A stretch of DNA of 64,000 bases from Leptospiraceae bacterium (GCA_025059995.1 JANXCF010000005.1:124006-188005), one strand, 5' to 3'; shown: positions 34,516 to 45,490, counted from the first letter of the stretch. The notes: generated from the sequence alone by a model not told the origin. A program made the numbers and translations.

Positions 34516-36795
34516 ATGAAAACCACAATTTATGGTTATCCAAAAATTGGAAGATACAGAGAATTAAAAACTGCGTTGGAGTCCTACTGGGGCGGAGAAA
34601 TCACAAAAGAAGAAATGTTATCAAGAGCTAATGAAGTCAATCAACAAAGAATGAAAAAATATATCAGCCATCAGATCGATCTGATTCCTTCTGGGGATTT
34701 TTCTTTGTATGATTTTGTCTTGGATGTTTCTACGATGTTGGATTTAATTCCTGAGAGGTTTCGGGATGTGGAAGACAGCCTTGATCAATATTTTGCCATG
34801 GCAAGAGGGAATCAAAAAGCCATTGCCTGTGAAATGACAAAATGGTTTGATACGAATTATCATTATATTGTTCCGGAACTTTCAGATCAAGTTTCATTAA
34901 AGAAAAATCATCCTTTGGAGAGTTATCGTCATGCACTCAAAGAATTTTCCCTTCAAACAAAGCCAGTATTGGTGGGACCTTTTACTTTTACTTATTTGTC
35001 GAAAATCTTTAAAAATGTGAATGGTTCGGTTGCTTCAGAAAAGGCTTTCGAAAGTGAAAAATTCGAATATTATTTGAACCTTGTAGTTGAGGGTTATATT
35101 CAAGCTCTTAAAGAATTAGAGAAAGAAAAATGTGAATACGTCCAACTTGATGAGCCTGCTTTGGTGATGGATTTGTCTGACAACCACAAAAAGCTAGTTT
35201 TGTCCATTTATGATAAAATAGCAAAATCCTTATCTTCTCTTAAGATCCTTATTCAAACATATTATGAAAGTATAACTGACTATAAAGAACTCGTTTTTCG
35301 ACTTCCGGTTTATGGGGTAGGTTTGGATTTTGTTTTGGGTCAAGAGAATTGGGGGTTTATAGAAAATTTTGGATTTCCTTCAGACAAGGTTTTGGTTGCA
35401 GGTCTGATTTCCGGAAGAGACATTTGGAAAACAGATTTCGAAGAAATCATGAGTCATTTCAAAACAATAGAAAAAAAAGTATCACTGGATCGAGTCATTC
35501 TTTCGAACTCATCGCCGCTATTTCACGTGCCGGTAACAATCGAAGATGAAAAAGGACACCTCCCCGAAGATTTGTTAACTGTTTTGTCTTTTGCAGATGA
35601 AAAATTAACAGAGCTTAATATGTTGAAAAATATCATTGAAGGAAAAGAAAAAATTCCCAAAAGTCCATTAAAAGAATTTTTCTCAAAATATGAAAATCAA
35701 GAAGTAAGAAAGAAAATCCAAGAGATAAAAAGCATGCACATTGAAAGAAAAACTCCCTTCAAAGAAAGATACGAAAAACAAAATTCCTTATTGAATCTTT
35801 CTCATTTCCCAACAACTACAATTGGAAGTTTCCCTCAAACAAAAGAATTAAGAAAGGTCAGAGCTGATTACAAAGCAAAGAAGATATCCCAGAGTGAATA
35901 CGATGACTACATTAAAAAACAAATCGAAAATGTCATCAAGGTTCAGGAAGAGTTGGGATTAGATATTTTAGTGCATGGGGAGTTTGAACGTTCCGATATG
36001 GTAGAATTTTTTGGAGAAAAACTGAAAGGCTTTGCTTTTACCAAAAATGGATGGGTGCAATCCTATGGTTCAAGGTGTGTGAGACCTCCGATTATTTATG
36101 GTGATGTTTCTCGTCCTGAACCCATGACTTTGAAAGAAATCGTATATGCCCAAAGTTTAACTAAAAAACCCGTAAAAGGAATGTTAACTGGTGCAGTTAC
36201 AATCTTAAACTGGTCCTTTTATCGAAAAGATTTACCCAAAGAAGAGATTGCCTATCAAATTGCCTTGGCATTGAATGAGGAAGTTTTGGATTTACAAAAA
36301 GCAGGTATCAAAATCATTCAAATTGATGAACCTGCTTTTCGGGAAGGTCTGCCATTAAAGAAATCCAAACAACCCCATTATTTGGATTGGGCGGTGAAGG
36401 CTTTTCGTTTATCCCATTTTGGTGTAGAAGATACTACCCAAATCCATACCCATATGTGCTATTCTGAATTTGACGAAATCATCGAATATATCTACAAAAT
36501 GGATGCAGACGTAATATCAATCGAAGCATCTCGTAGCAAAGGAGACATTGTATCTGCGTTTGAGAATTTCCGTTATGACAAAGGGATTGGTCTTGGAGTT
36601 TATGATATCCATTCTCCACGTGTACCAACCAAAGAAGAAATGCAGGAGATTGTTTCAAGAGGATTGAAAGTGATCGACAAAGGTCTGTTCTGGATTAACC
36701 CTGATTGTGGATTAAAAACAAGAAAATGGGATGAAGTAATACCTTCACTAAGAAACATGGTGGAAGTCGCAAAAACCTTAAGGGAAAAAGTTTAA
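34516..36795 (+). CDS. metE: cobalamin-independent methionine synthase
   Basis: 'GYPKIG..RELK', 'EMTKWFDTNYHY', 'PTTTIGSFPQT', 'HTHMCY', 'NPDCGLKTR'; AAGGAG SD. Confidence 0.98.
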   Translation: MKTTIYGYPKIGRYRELKTALESYWGGEITKEEMLSRANEVNQQRMKKYISHQIDLIPSGDFSLYDFVLDVSTMLDLIPERFRDVEDSLDQYFAMARGNQKAIACEMTKWFDTNYHYIVPELSDQVSLKKNHPLESYRHALKEFSLQTKPVLVGPFTFTYLSKIFKNVNGSVASEKAFESEKFEYYLNLVVEGYIQALKELEKEKCEYVQLDEPALVMDLSDNHKKLVLSIYDKIAKSLSSLKILIQTYYESITDYKELVFRLPVYGVGLDFVLGQENWGFIENFGFPSDKVLVAGLISGRDIWKTDFEEIMSHFKTIEKKVSLDRVILSNSSPLFHVPVTIEDEKGHLPEDLLTVLSFADEKLTELNMLKNIIEGKEKIPKSPLKEFFSKYENQEVRKKIQEIKSMHIERKTPFKERYEKQNSLLNLSHFPTTTIGSFPQTKELRKVRADYKAKKISQSEYDDYIKKQIENVIKVQEELGLDILVHGEFERSDMVEFFGEKLKGFAFTKNGWVQSYGSRCVRPPIIYGDVSRPEPMTLKEIVYAQSLTKKPVKGMLTGAVTILNWSFYRKDLPKEEIAYQIALALNEEVLDLQKAGIKIIQIDEPAFREGLPLKKSKQPHYLDWAVKAFRLSHFGVEDTTQIHTHMCYSEFDEIIEYIYKMDADVISIEASRSKGDIVSAFENFRYDKGIGLGVYDIHSPRVPTKEEMQEIVSRGLKVIDKGLFWINPDCGLKTRKWDEVIPSLRNMVEVAKTLREKV

Positions 36796-36954
36796 TTCTT
36801 CTGAGATTACTGATCAAGTTTGCTATCGAAAAAAAGATTTCAATTACTAGAGAATAAAAAATTTATCTTTTTCATACAAAAAAAAGTTGAAGTTAATTCG
36901 TCCATCATTTTATATTACTAAGAAAATCCGATTCTATAGAAAAGGAGTAAAAAA

Positions 36955-37284
36955 ATGCCAATCAACTTACAAAAGAGCATCATTGGACCAAAAATCAAAA
37001 TTGAAGGGAATTTGATTAGTGATGAAGAAATCATCATCGAAGGGATTGTTCAAGGGTCAAGAGTTGATGCAGGAAACCAACCAGTGATTGTTGGATTAGG
37101 TGGAGTGGTTCATGCTGACATCTACGGAGGTGAAATCATCATCTATGGAAAAGTAAAAGGAAATTGTTATGGGAAAAAATCCATAACCCTAGGAGATAAA
37201 AGCGAGGTCATTGGTGATTTATATTCCCCAAGAATTGATATCCATCCTACAGCCTTTGTAAGTGGGAAATTAACAAAGAAATAA
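36955..37284 (+). CDS. bactofilin (polymer-forming cytoskeletal protein)
   Basis: 'SIIGPKIKIEGNL', repeated I.G.V.G beta-helix pattern; AAGGAG SD. Confidence 0.9.
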   Translation: MPINLQKSIIGPKIKIEGNLISDEEIIIEGIVQGSRVDAGNQPVIVGLGGVVHADIYGGEIIIYGKVKGNCYGKKSITLGDKSEVIGDLYSPRIDIHPTAFVSGKLTKK

Positions 37285-37369
37285 AAGTTTAATAAAATTC
37301 ATCCATCCTCCTCAGAAACATTTTAGTTTTTAAAGATTAGATTATATCTCTTTCTTTTTTGGTTTGTTT

Positions 37370-37390
37370 TGGCAAAAAAATTGCTATAAT
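37370..37390 (+). promoter_or_regulatory. sigma54 -24/-12 promoter overlapping an extended -10, upstream of lon
   Basis: TGGCAAAAAAATTGCT (GG-N10-GC, 37371-37384) and TG-c-TATAAT (37382-37390). Confidence 0.6.
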
Positions 37391-37408
37391 AGATATAAGG
37401 AGGTTTGA

Positions 37409-39829
37409 ATGGGTGGTTTAAAGTATATTGACCATAACATAACTGAGATTCCCTCTCATGAGGTTCCAGAATTTGTTCCTATCATTCCACTAAGAAACGC
37501 AGTGGTTTTTCCAGGGATCCTTCTTCCAATTTTTGTAGGAAGGTTAGAATCTATACGTTTGATTGAAGAACATGCTCCTGGAGCCTTGATTGGGGTTTTT
37601 ACCCAAAGAGACCCTGAACAAGAGAAGGTCCGTAAAGATGATTTGCATCCTATTGGTTCTTTGGTGGAAATTCATAGAATCATTCCTATGAGTGAGGGTG
37701 GGTACCAGGTTTTTTTGCAAGGAGTACAAAAGATTGAACTTATTGAAATTGTATCTGAAGAACCCTACCTAAAGGCTAAGATCAGACCCATTTATGAAGA
37801 CAAAAACTATACAGAGGCTGATGTTATTGAATTTCAAACCTACGTAATTCGGTATATAGAAAATAATCCCAGCATTCCTGATGATGCTACGAATTACATC
37901 AGGCGAATTCATAATCCCTCAGCTTTAGCAAATCAAGTCATCTTTTTTTCGAATTTATCGAATGAAGAAAAAATCAATTTTTTAAAAATTGGTTCTGTCA
38001 AAGAGAAACTTGAAGAAGCGAAGAAATATCTCTTGGATGAAACTCAAAGACTCATCATGGAAAAAGAAGTTCGAGAAAAAGTAGAAAAAGATGCAGCAAA
38101 ACTTCAACGTGAATTCTATTTGAGAAAGCAATTGGAAACCATCAGAAAAGAATTAGGTGAAATTGATAGTTCTGATGTAGAAGAATTAGAAAAAAGGATT
38201 GTAGAAAAAAAATTACCAGATCACGTAAGAAAAGCTGTAGACAAAGAATTCAAACGGTATAAACGCTTAATGGAGTCACCCCATGGAACAAACTTAGAAG
38301 CAACACAAATCCGCAACTGGTTAGAGTTAGTCTTGGATTTGCCATGGAACGTAGAAGAAGAAAGAGAAAAACTTCAAGAAGAATTAAAGCAAATTGATTT
38401 AGAAAAAGCCCAAAAAATTTTAGATGAAGATCACGAAGGCTTAGAAGAAGTAAAAAAGCGAATTTTAGAATACTTAGCGGTTGAAAAGAAAGCAAAAAAC
38501 CTTCATGCTCCGATTTTATGTTTCATTGGTCCACCTGGCGTGGGAAAGACTTCATTAGGAAAATCCATTGCAAAATGTATGAATCGTCCATTAGTAAGAG
38601 CTTCTTTGGGTGGTGTGAGGGATGAAGCAGAAATCCGAGGTCATCGTAGAACCTACGTAGGAGCAATGCCAGGGAAAATCATCTCTTCCATGAAAAAAGC
38701 TGAAACCATAGCTCCTGTTTTCTTGTTAGATGAAATAGATAAAATCAGTTATTCTTTTCATGGTGATCCTGCAGCCGCTCTTTTAGAGGTTTTGGATCCT
38801 GAGCAAAATCATACCTTTGAGGATCATTATTTAGGGCTACCTTATGACTTATCCAAGGTAGTGTTCATAGCAACGGCGAATACCATAGATACCATACCAG
38901 CTCCCCTATTAGATCGAATGGAAATCGTGACGTTATCAGGCTATACAACCAGTGAAAAAATAAGAATAGCCAAAAATCATCTTATTCCTAATGCACGTAG
39001 AACCTATCAATTAACCGAAAACGAATGGCTCATAACAGACGAAGCTCTAGAAAAGATCGTTGAAGGATACACACGAGAAGCAGGAGTTCGGAATCTAAAA
39101 CGACAAATTGAAAGTATTGCAAGAAAGGTCGTCTTAAAAATAGAAAAAGAAAAGGATCTAGCATTGCCGGTGGTTGTTGATGTTAATGACTTGGTAGAGT
39201 ATTTAGGAAAAGAAAGATACTACAAAGATCACAAAGAACACATACGAATTCCCGGCGTTGCTATCGGATTGGCGTGGACCCCTGTTGGTGGTGATATTTT
39301 ATATATCGAAACGACGAAATTCCCTGGTAAAGGAAATTTGAAGCTTTCAGGAAGATTAGGTGATGTGATGAAGGAGTCTGCTCATTTGGCTTTTTCGTTC
39401 TTGCGTGCTCATGCGAATGAATTGAACATACAAAATTCTTTGTTTCATGATTATGATTTTCATATCCATGTTCCCAGTGGTGCCGTTCCCAAAGATGGAC
39501 CATCCGCAGGAATTACCATCCTTGTTTCTTTGGCTAGTTTGTTGACGAACACTCCCATTGATCAAGATCTTGCGATGACGGGAGAGATTTCTCTGCGAGG
39601 AAAGGTTTTGCCAGTTGGTGGCATCAAAGAAAAAGTAATTGCCGCTAAATCAGCAGGAATTTCGACGGTAATTCTACCCGACAAAAACCGAGCGGATTTC
39701 GAAGAAATCCCCGAATATATTCGCTCAGGCATCCAAGTAGAATATTATTCCGATATGATGGATGTATTGAGACGAGTTCTTCCTCAAGTTTTTCAAAAAC
39801 CAAAATTTACCGATAGAGAGGGCTGGTAG
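37409..39829 (+). CDS. lon: ATP-dependent protease La
   Basis: 'GPPGVGKTS', 'GHRRTYVGAMPG', 'LLDEIDK', 'PKDGPSAG', 'PVGGIKEK'; AAGGAGG SD. Confidence 0.98.
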   Translation: MGGLKYIDHNITEIPSHEVPEFVPIIPLRNAVVFPGILLPIFVGRLESIRLIEEHAPGALIGVFTQRDPEQEKVRKDDLHPIGSLVEIHRIIPMSEGGYQVFLQGVQKIELIEIVSEEPYLKAKIRPIYEDKNYTEADVIEFQTYVIRYIENNPSIPDDATNYIRRIHNPSALANQVIFFSNLSNEEKINFLKIGSVKEKLEEAKKYLLDETQRLIMEKEVREKVEKDAAKLQREFYLRKQLETIRKELGEIDSSDVEELEKRIVEKKLPDHVRKAVDKEFKRYKRLMESPHGTNLEATQIRNWLELVLDLPWNVEEEREKLQEELKQIDLEKAQKILDEDHEGLEEVKKRILEYLAVEKKAKNLHAPILCFIGPPGVGKTSLGKSIAKCMNRPLVRASLGGVRDEAEIRGHRRTYVGAMPGKIISSMKKAETIAPVFLLDEIDKISYSFHGDPAAALLEVLDPEQNHTFEDHYLGLPYDLSKVVFIATANTIDTIPAPLLDRMEIVTLSGYTTSEKIRIAKNHLIPNARRTYQLTENEWLITDEALEKIVEGYTREAGVRNLKRQIESIARKVVLKIEKEKDLALPVVVDVNDLVEYLGKERYYKDHKEHIRIPGVAIGLAWTPVGGDILYIETTKFPGKGNLKLSGRLGDVMKESAHLAFSFLRAHANELNIQNSLFHDYDFHIHVPSGAVPKDGPSAGITILVSLASLLTNTPIDQDLAMTGEISLRGKVLPVGGIKEKVIAAKSAGISTVILPDKNRADFEEIPEYIRSGIQVEYYSDMMDVLRRVLPQVFQKPKFTDREGW

Positions 39830-39837
39830 GTATTCTT

Positions 39838-41427
39838 TTAGTGTCGAAAATGCCTCATGTCGGTAAAAACCATGGCGATTCCGTATTCATTGGCAGTGTC
39901 TATAACTTCTTGATCTCTGATGGAACCACCGGGTTGTATTACAGCTCTGGCTCCAGCCTTGGCTACTATTTCTAATCCGTCTTTGAAAGGGAAAAACGCA
40001 TCAGAAGCTACATAAGAGTCTTTAAGGCTGATACCATTTTTGATGGCTTTACGAACAGCGAGTTCGGCAGAATCAACGCGGCTCATCTGTCCAGCCCCGA
40101 TTGCCAGTGTAGCATTTTTGCTCGTAAATATAATGGCATTGGATTTTACAAATTTCACAACCTTCCAAGCAAACTCAAGCCCAAGCCAATCATCTTCTGT
40201 GGGTTGTTTTTGAGTCACCACTCGCCAATTTTCTCTATCGTTATAAGATACATCCATATCTTGATAGAGATAACCATTCATCGCAAAACGTAATTCTTTT
40301 TGAGGCATTAAAAGAACCTCGGGTTGTGGAAGCTCCACAATCCTTATATTTGCTTTTTTTTCAAAGATTTTTAATGCTTCTTTTGTATATTCTCTGGCTA
40401 TTACACACTCCACGAATTGTTCGGTGATTTTTTCGGCTAATTCTTCTTGAACGATACCATTGATTGCGATAATTCCTCCAAAAGCACTTACGGGATCACA
40501 TCTACGTGCCAAAAGGAAGGCATCCACCAATTCTTTTTCATCTGTGGCATAGGCTGCTCCTGACGGATTTAGGTGTTTTACAATGGCAACACCGTAATGA
40601 GGCAAAGAAGCTGCGCATTGCATGGCTGCAGTCAAATCCAACAAGTTGTTGAATGAAAGTTCTTTCCCTTGATGGATGATAAAACCCAACTCATTCGGAG
40701 CATCTCGATGAATAGAAAGCAAATCCCGATAAAAATGGGCTTTTTGGTGAGGATTCTCTCCATATCGTAAAGGATGGACTTTTTTTAATGGAATTGTGAT
40801 AATGTCTGGAAAATCTTCTTGGGTTTTCTTTCTAAAATACTCTGAGATAATTGCATCATAAGAAGAAGTGATACGAAATGCCTTTGCAGCAAGCCGAAGG
40901 GATGTATGCTGGGAAACATATCCATTTAACATATCTAATTCTTTGATAAGTTCAACGTAATCAGAAGGATCACATACAACGACAGTATGAAAATAATTTT
41001 TGGCTGAAGCTCTGATGAGGGTAGGACCTCCAATGTCAATGTTTTCAATGATTTCGAGTTCTTCTTCGAGAGTAGAAAGATTGGGGTACTTTAAAAAAGA
41101 TTTTACAAAGGGGTAAAGGTTTACTACCACCATGTCAATTTTTGAGATATTCATTTCTTCTAAGGTTCTACGATGTTCAGGATTGGATAGGTTGGCTAAT
41201 ATCCCTGCATGAATGACGGGGTGTAAGGTTTTGACTCTCCCATCCAGAATCTCTGGGAATTGCGTGACTTCTTCTATGGATTTTACAGGGATTTGGTTTT
41301 CTTGTAAGTATTTATAAGTTCCTCCAGTGGATATGATTTCTACTTGATATTTCAACAAATGCTTTGATAATTCCAGTATGCCTGTTTTGTCGTAAACTGA
41401 GATCAATGCTCGTTGGATTTTGATCAT
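39838..41427 (-). CDS. purH: bifunctional AICAR transformylase/IMP cyclohydrolase
   Basis: 'ALISVYDKTG', 'GRVKTLHP', 'LRYGENPHQ', 'ASDAFFPF', 'QPGGS', 'RHFRH'. Confidence 0.98.
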   Translation of the reverse strand: MIKIQRALISVYDKTGILELSKHLLKYQVEIISTGGTYKYLQENQIPVKSIEEVTQFPEILDGRVKTLHPVIHAGILANLSNPEHRRTLEEMNISKIDMVVVNLYPFVKSFLKYPNLSTLEEELEIIENIDIGGPTLIRASAKNYFHTVVVCDPSDYVELIKELDMLNGYVSQHTSLRLAAKAFRITSSYDAIISEYFRKKTQEDFPDIITIPLKKVHPLRYGENPHQKAHFYRDLLSIHRDAPNELGFIIHQGKELSFNNLLDLTAAMQCAASLPHYGVAIVKHLNPSGAAYATDEKELVDAFLLARRCDPVSAFGGIIAINGIVQEELAEKITEQFVECVIAREYTKEALKIFEKKANIRIVELPQPEVLLMPQKELRFAMNGYLYQDMDVSYNDRENWRVVTQKQPTEDDWLGLEFAWKVVKFVKSNAIIFTSKNATLAIGAGQMSRVDSAELAVRKAIKNGISLKDSYVASDAFFPFKDGLEIVAKAGARAVIQPGGSIRDQEVIDTANEYGIAMVFTDMRHFRH

Positions 41428-41436
41428 GTTTTTCTC

Positions 41437-42063
41437 CTATGATTTAATGATGACTATTTTTCGTTTTTGGTTGGGGGAAGGTCGTATTTCTAATTTGTTT
41501 TCACAAAAAAGCTTTATGGCTTTAACGTAAAGTTTATGTTCTTCTTGTAAAATCAAGTCTGCGATCTCTTTTTCGGTAGCGCCTTCGGGGATTTCAACGG
41601 CTTTTTGTAAAATGATGGGACCGGTATCCACGTTTTCATCAATAAAGTGGACTGTGCAGCCAGAGACCTTAACACCATATTCCCATGCCTGCCTTTGAGC
41701 ATGAAGCCCCGGAAAAGAAGGTAGTAAAGAAGGATGGATGTTCATAATTCTGTTTTCGAAAGTTTGTACAAATTCTTTTGATAAGATTCTCATAAAGCCA
41801 GCTCCCAAAATCAGATCAGGTTCAAAAGATTTTGCCGCCTCAAGCAGGTCTCTGTGGAAATCCTCTTTTTGAGAGTAATTTTTAAAAGGAATGACTTTTA
41901 CTGGGATTTGATAATTTCTTGCGTGTTGCTCAGCTCCTGTGTTTTCTCTATCGGTTATTAGTCCCACCATCTTGGCATTCGGGATTTCTTTGGATTCAAT
42001 CGCTTTGAGTATGGCTAAGAAATTGCTACCTCTTCCAGAAGCTAATGCCAAAAGGCGATACAT
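41437..42063 (-). CDS. purN: phosphoribosylglycinamide formyltransferase
   Basis: 'ASGRGSN', 'AGFMRIL', 'NIHPSLLPSFPG', 'GCTVHF..DTGPII'. Confidence 0.98.
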   Translation of the reverse strand: MYRLLALASGRGSNFLAILKAIESKEIPNAKMVGLITDRENTGAEQHARNYQIPVKVIPFKNYSQKEDFHRDLLEAAKSFEPDLILGAGFMRILSKEFVQTFENRIMNIHPSLLPSFPGLHAQRQAWEYGVKVSGCTVHFIDENVDTGPIILQKAVEIPEGATEKEIADLILQEEHKLYVKAIKLFCENKLEIRPSPNQKRKIVIIKS

Positions 42064-42339
42064 GAAACCATTTTTTGTATGGATTTCTGTAAAAAAAGAG
42101 AAAAAAAGATCAAAAATAAATCTCTGAAATTTTGAACCACTTAAAGAGTCAAATTTTGATTATTTTATAAAGTTTAAAAACTAATTTCTTGTGGGGTGCT
42201 TTGATGATTGTTTTTGAAAAAAATTCTCTTATTCGTTTTGATTGAGTTGTTTTAATAGCATTACATAAAAATTGATAATAAACCAATTAAAACTCTGACG
42301 AAATCCAAAATGAAAAAGAAGAGACTTCATCTTCGAGCT

Positions 42340-44349
42340 ATGAAAAACGTCTTGATAGGTTTTTGGTTTTTTTTCTCTTTTGTTTCTTTGGCATCTCAAG
42401 AGTATGTGATCATTGTAAAGTCGAAATCCGAAGAACGAACACCCCAAAAAGAAGAAATCTACATTCCAAAAGATAGCTTTCATTATACGTTGGATAAATT
42501 GTTAGAAAAAGAAAATGGAGTTTTAATTCAGAAATTCGGCGGTGAAGGTAGTTATTCTCTGATTCGGATTCGGGGAAGTAATGCCAATCAAGTTCATCTT
42601 TATTTAGATGGTATTCCCTTGAACTTTGCATCGTATAGTGAGGTGGATGTATCAGACCTGAGCTTATGGAACTACCAAAAAATAGAATTCCAAAAAAACG
42701 GGAGCATGACGGGATTAGTGGGAAGTAGTATTGGAGGAAGTATTAACCTCATACCAAACTACGAAACCGAAAGAAATCAAGTTTTTCTACATGGGGGGAG
42801 CTTTGGAACTTTTGGAGGAGGTATTAACTACAACTTTGCATGGAAGGATCATACGCAAGAACCCAAGTTCTATTTGGGGATTGCTGCTATGAGTGAAAGC
42901 TCAAAACAAGATTATGAGTTTCTTAATCACAATGGGACAATTTACTTTAATCGTTTAGATGATTACAAAGACAAACAGAGAAATGCCTACTATCGAAAAA
43001 CAAGTGGACTCATTACTTCGTCCTTCTCGTTAGGGAAAACTCAGGTGCGGATTCTCAATGATTCGTTTTATCGTGTTCATGGAATACCCGGTCCTATCAC
43101 AAGACAAACAGAAAAAACGAAAAGAGAGCATTTTCGAAATACCTCAGGGATACGAATAGTATCAAAGGGCATCTTTTGGGGAAACTTCCAACTCGATACC
43201 CGTTGGTATTATACCTACATCAAAAATCGGTTTTACGATCCTCGAAACGAATTGGCATTTAGTAGCAACAATAGCAGAGCTGAACTCAACAATAAAGGTG
43301 TTCATCTAATCCCAGGGTGGAGTTTTATCATAACCCAAAATTTTTGGTATAAAACTCAATTTCTTTTGGGATACGAAGAAGAATATTTTTTTGAAAATCG
43401 CTACTCCAACTTCAACATCAAAACCACAGAAATTCCCGAAAAAAAGCGTTATCATTATAGTTTTCACTTTCATCAGCAATTTTCTTTTTTTGATGAATTC
43501 ATAGAATTTCTGCCAGAATTTCGCTATGAAGAATACCGTAATAACTTTCTCATAGAAACCCGAACCAAACAACTCCTTACAATAGATGAAATCAAAAAAG
43601 ACGAAAGTAAAATTTCTTTTGTGAATAGTTTGTATTCTCTCATATTCAATTTGATAAAAAATCAAAATCAAAAGTGGAATTTTTTTATAAAATATCATCA
43701 AGAAAAACGAATCCCTTCCTTTATTGAGCTTTTTGGAGAAAAAGGTTCTATTGTTCCCAATTTGAAGCTCCGTCCAGAACAATCTTATAACAGCGAAGTA
43801 GGAAGTATCTTTCAGTTTAAAAACATATTTCTTGATGTTCGAGGATATTATCGATGGGTTCGAGATTTGATTCGTTTTTTACCCAATTCTCAGTTTTCAT
43901 TGAGAGCAGAAAACATCCAAAGAGCTCGCATTCGTGGTTTCGAAACAACAGCAAAATACAAGCATGATTGGTTTCAGATTTATCTGGCTTATCAATACAT
44001 GCAGGCAAAGAGAATTGGAACAAGTCGAAGTGCTCAAGAAGAAATTTATATCCCCTTGATGCCGCTTCATACCTTCAAAGGAGGAATCCATCTCTTTCCT
44101 GAAAACACATGGGAATTTCAAATTGAAGGAATTTACTATGGAGCCTTTTTCCGTAATGAGTCCAATGATTACTTCTCCTACCAGCCAAGAAAGTGGATTT
44201 TTCATTTTACTATGATCTATCGTTATCAAAAACAATTACTGGCTTATCTTGAGGTTCGAAATACCCAAAACCTTCTTTACGAAGACATCATAGGTTATCC
44301 TTTACCAGGAAGGAGTTATGTTCTTGGTGTTAAATACTTTTTCGATTAG
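42340..44349 (+). CDS. TonB-dependent receptor, BtuB-like
   Basis: 'GGEGSYSLIRIRGSNANQVHLYLDGIPL', 'SIGGSINL', 'RIPSFIELFG', 'PNLKLRPE', 'GYPLPGRSY'. Confidence 0.9.
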   Translation: MKNVLIGFWFFFSFVSLASQEYVIIVKSKSEERTPQKEEIYIPKDSFHYTLDKLLEKENGVLIQKFGGEGSYSLIRIRGSNANQVHLYLDGIPLNFASYSEVDVSDLSLWNYQKIEFQKNGSMTGLVGSSIGGSINLIPNYETERNQVFLHGGSFGTFGGGINYNFAWKDHTQEPKFYLGIAAMSESSKQDYEFLNHNGTIYFNRLDDYKDKQRNAYYRKTSGLITSSFSLGKTQVRILNDSFYRVHGIPGPITRQTEKTKREHFRNTSGIRIVSKGIFWGNFQLDTRWYYTYIKNRFYDPRNELAFSSNNSRAELNNKGVHLIPGWSFIITQNFWYKTQFLLGYEEEYFFENRYSNFNIKTTEIPEKKRYHYSFHFHQQFSFFDEFIEFLPEFRYEEYRNNFLIETRTKQLLTIDEIKKDESKISFVNSLYSLIFNLIKNQNQKWNFFIKYHQEKRIPSFIELFGEKGSIVPNLKLRPEQSYNSEVGSIFQFKNIFLDVRGYYRWVRDLIRFLPNSQFSLRAENIQRARIRGFETTAKYKHDWFQIYLAYQYMQAKRIGTSRSAQEEIYIPLMPLHTFKGGIHLFPENTWEFQIEGIYYGAFFRNESNDYFSYQPRKWIFHFTMIYRYQKQLLAYLEVRNTQNLLYEDIIGYPLPGRSYVLGVKYFFD

Positions 44350-45490
44350 AAAAAATATAAAGAATTTTATAAAATTATTTTACAAATTTTTTTTAATTTT
44401 AGTTTTTGTTTCTTGTTCGGATATCAAAAGACCAAGTTTGTTTTTTGCTTTCTTTACCCCCAGAGGAGATGTAGGGGTTATCACATCAGATTTTAGTGGT
44501 TCGGGAAGATTCTATACCATTGATTCTACCGGATTTTTATCTCCAAATTTTATACCCATATACTCAGATGCTGTAGGTTTTTATTTAGATGAAAAAATTA
44601 TTCTTATCAATCGATTAGGTCGAGATAGCATACAATTTTTGGATCCGAATTTTTTAAATCGAACTATTCTGGAGTTTAGCACTGGGAAGAATTCCAACCC
44701 TCATGGAATCGCTTTTTATCAAAATAAAGCCTACATCACTTTGTATGAGAAAAATTATTTACTTGTGGTTGATAAAAACACAGGTCTTGAACTAAAACGA
44801 ATTGATTTACAACCATATGTGGACAAAAATACGTTTTCTGTTCCTGACAATTTACCAGAAGCTTCTGGGATTATTTCTTATGATAATCGAATTTATGTGG
44901 CTATCCAAAGGCTTGATCGAACTAATCCGAATTTTATTTTCCCACCAACAGATTACTCAGCTCTTCTTGAGGTTGATCCTCAAGATGATGTGGTTATCCA
45001 AGAACATCGATTGATTTTCACTAATCCTTTGAATAAACTAAAGATTTATAACATTACGAATGAAGATTGTATTTTTGTTGCAACGCCATCATTTTTGGGT
45101 TTTAATTTTCGCATTGATGGTGGGATTGAAGCCTTTTGTCCTAAAAGCAAACAGCAATTTGTTGTTCTTACAGAGCAAGAAGTTGGCGGAGATATCCTGG
45201 ATTTTGTGATACGTGACTCTCAACGTGGCTATGCGCTGGTGCTTTTTCAGGATTTCAGTAATGCTTTGGTGGAATTTCATCCTCAACTAGCAAAATCCAT
45301 ACGGCAAGTTTTATTTTATAAAAATCAAGAAGGTTTTGCCGCTGGATTGGAAATAGATGAAAACGGAATTCTATACTTAGGAGAAAGTTCTGCCTACCCC
45401 TCCGTAAAGATTTATAATACGAATACAAGTAGTTTTCAAGGGCAGGTGCTTCTTCCTCAAAGACCAACGGATATCTTTTTGCTAAAATAA
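44318..45490 (+). CDS. YncE/BtuG-like beta-propeller lipoprotein
   Basis: Lipobox 'VFVSC'; blade motifs 'SNPHGIAF..KAYITLY', 'RIYVAIQRL'; start uncertain. Confidence 0.7.
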   Translation: MFLVLNTFSIRKNIKNFIKLFYKFFLILVFVSCSDIKRPSLFFAFFTPRGDVGVITSDFSGSGRFYTIDSTGFLSPNFIPIYSDAVGFYLDEKIILINRLGRDSIQFLDPNFLNRTILEFSTGKNSNPHGIAFYQNKAYITLYEKNYLLVVDKNTGLELKRIDLQPYVDKNTFSVPDNLPEASGIISYDNRIYVAIQRLDRTNPNFIFPPTDYSALLEVDPQDDVVIQEHRLIFTNPLNKLKIYNITNEDCIFVATPSFLGFNFRIDGGIEAFCPKSKQQFVVLTEQEVGGDILDFVIRDSQRGYALVLFQDFSNALVEFHPQLAKSIRQVLFYKNQEGFAAGLEIDENGILYLGESSAYPSVKIYNTNTSSFQGQVLLPQRPTDIFLLK

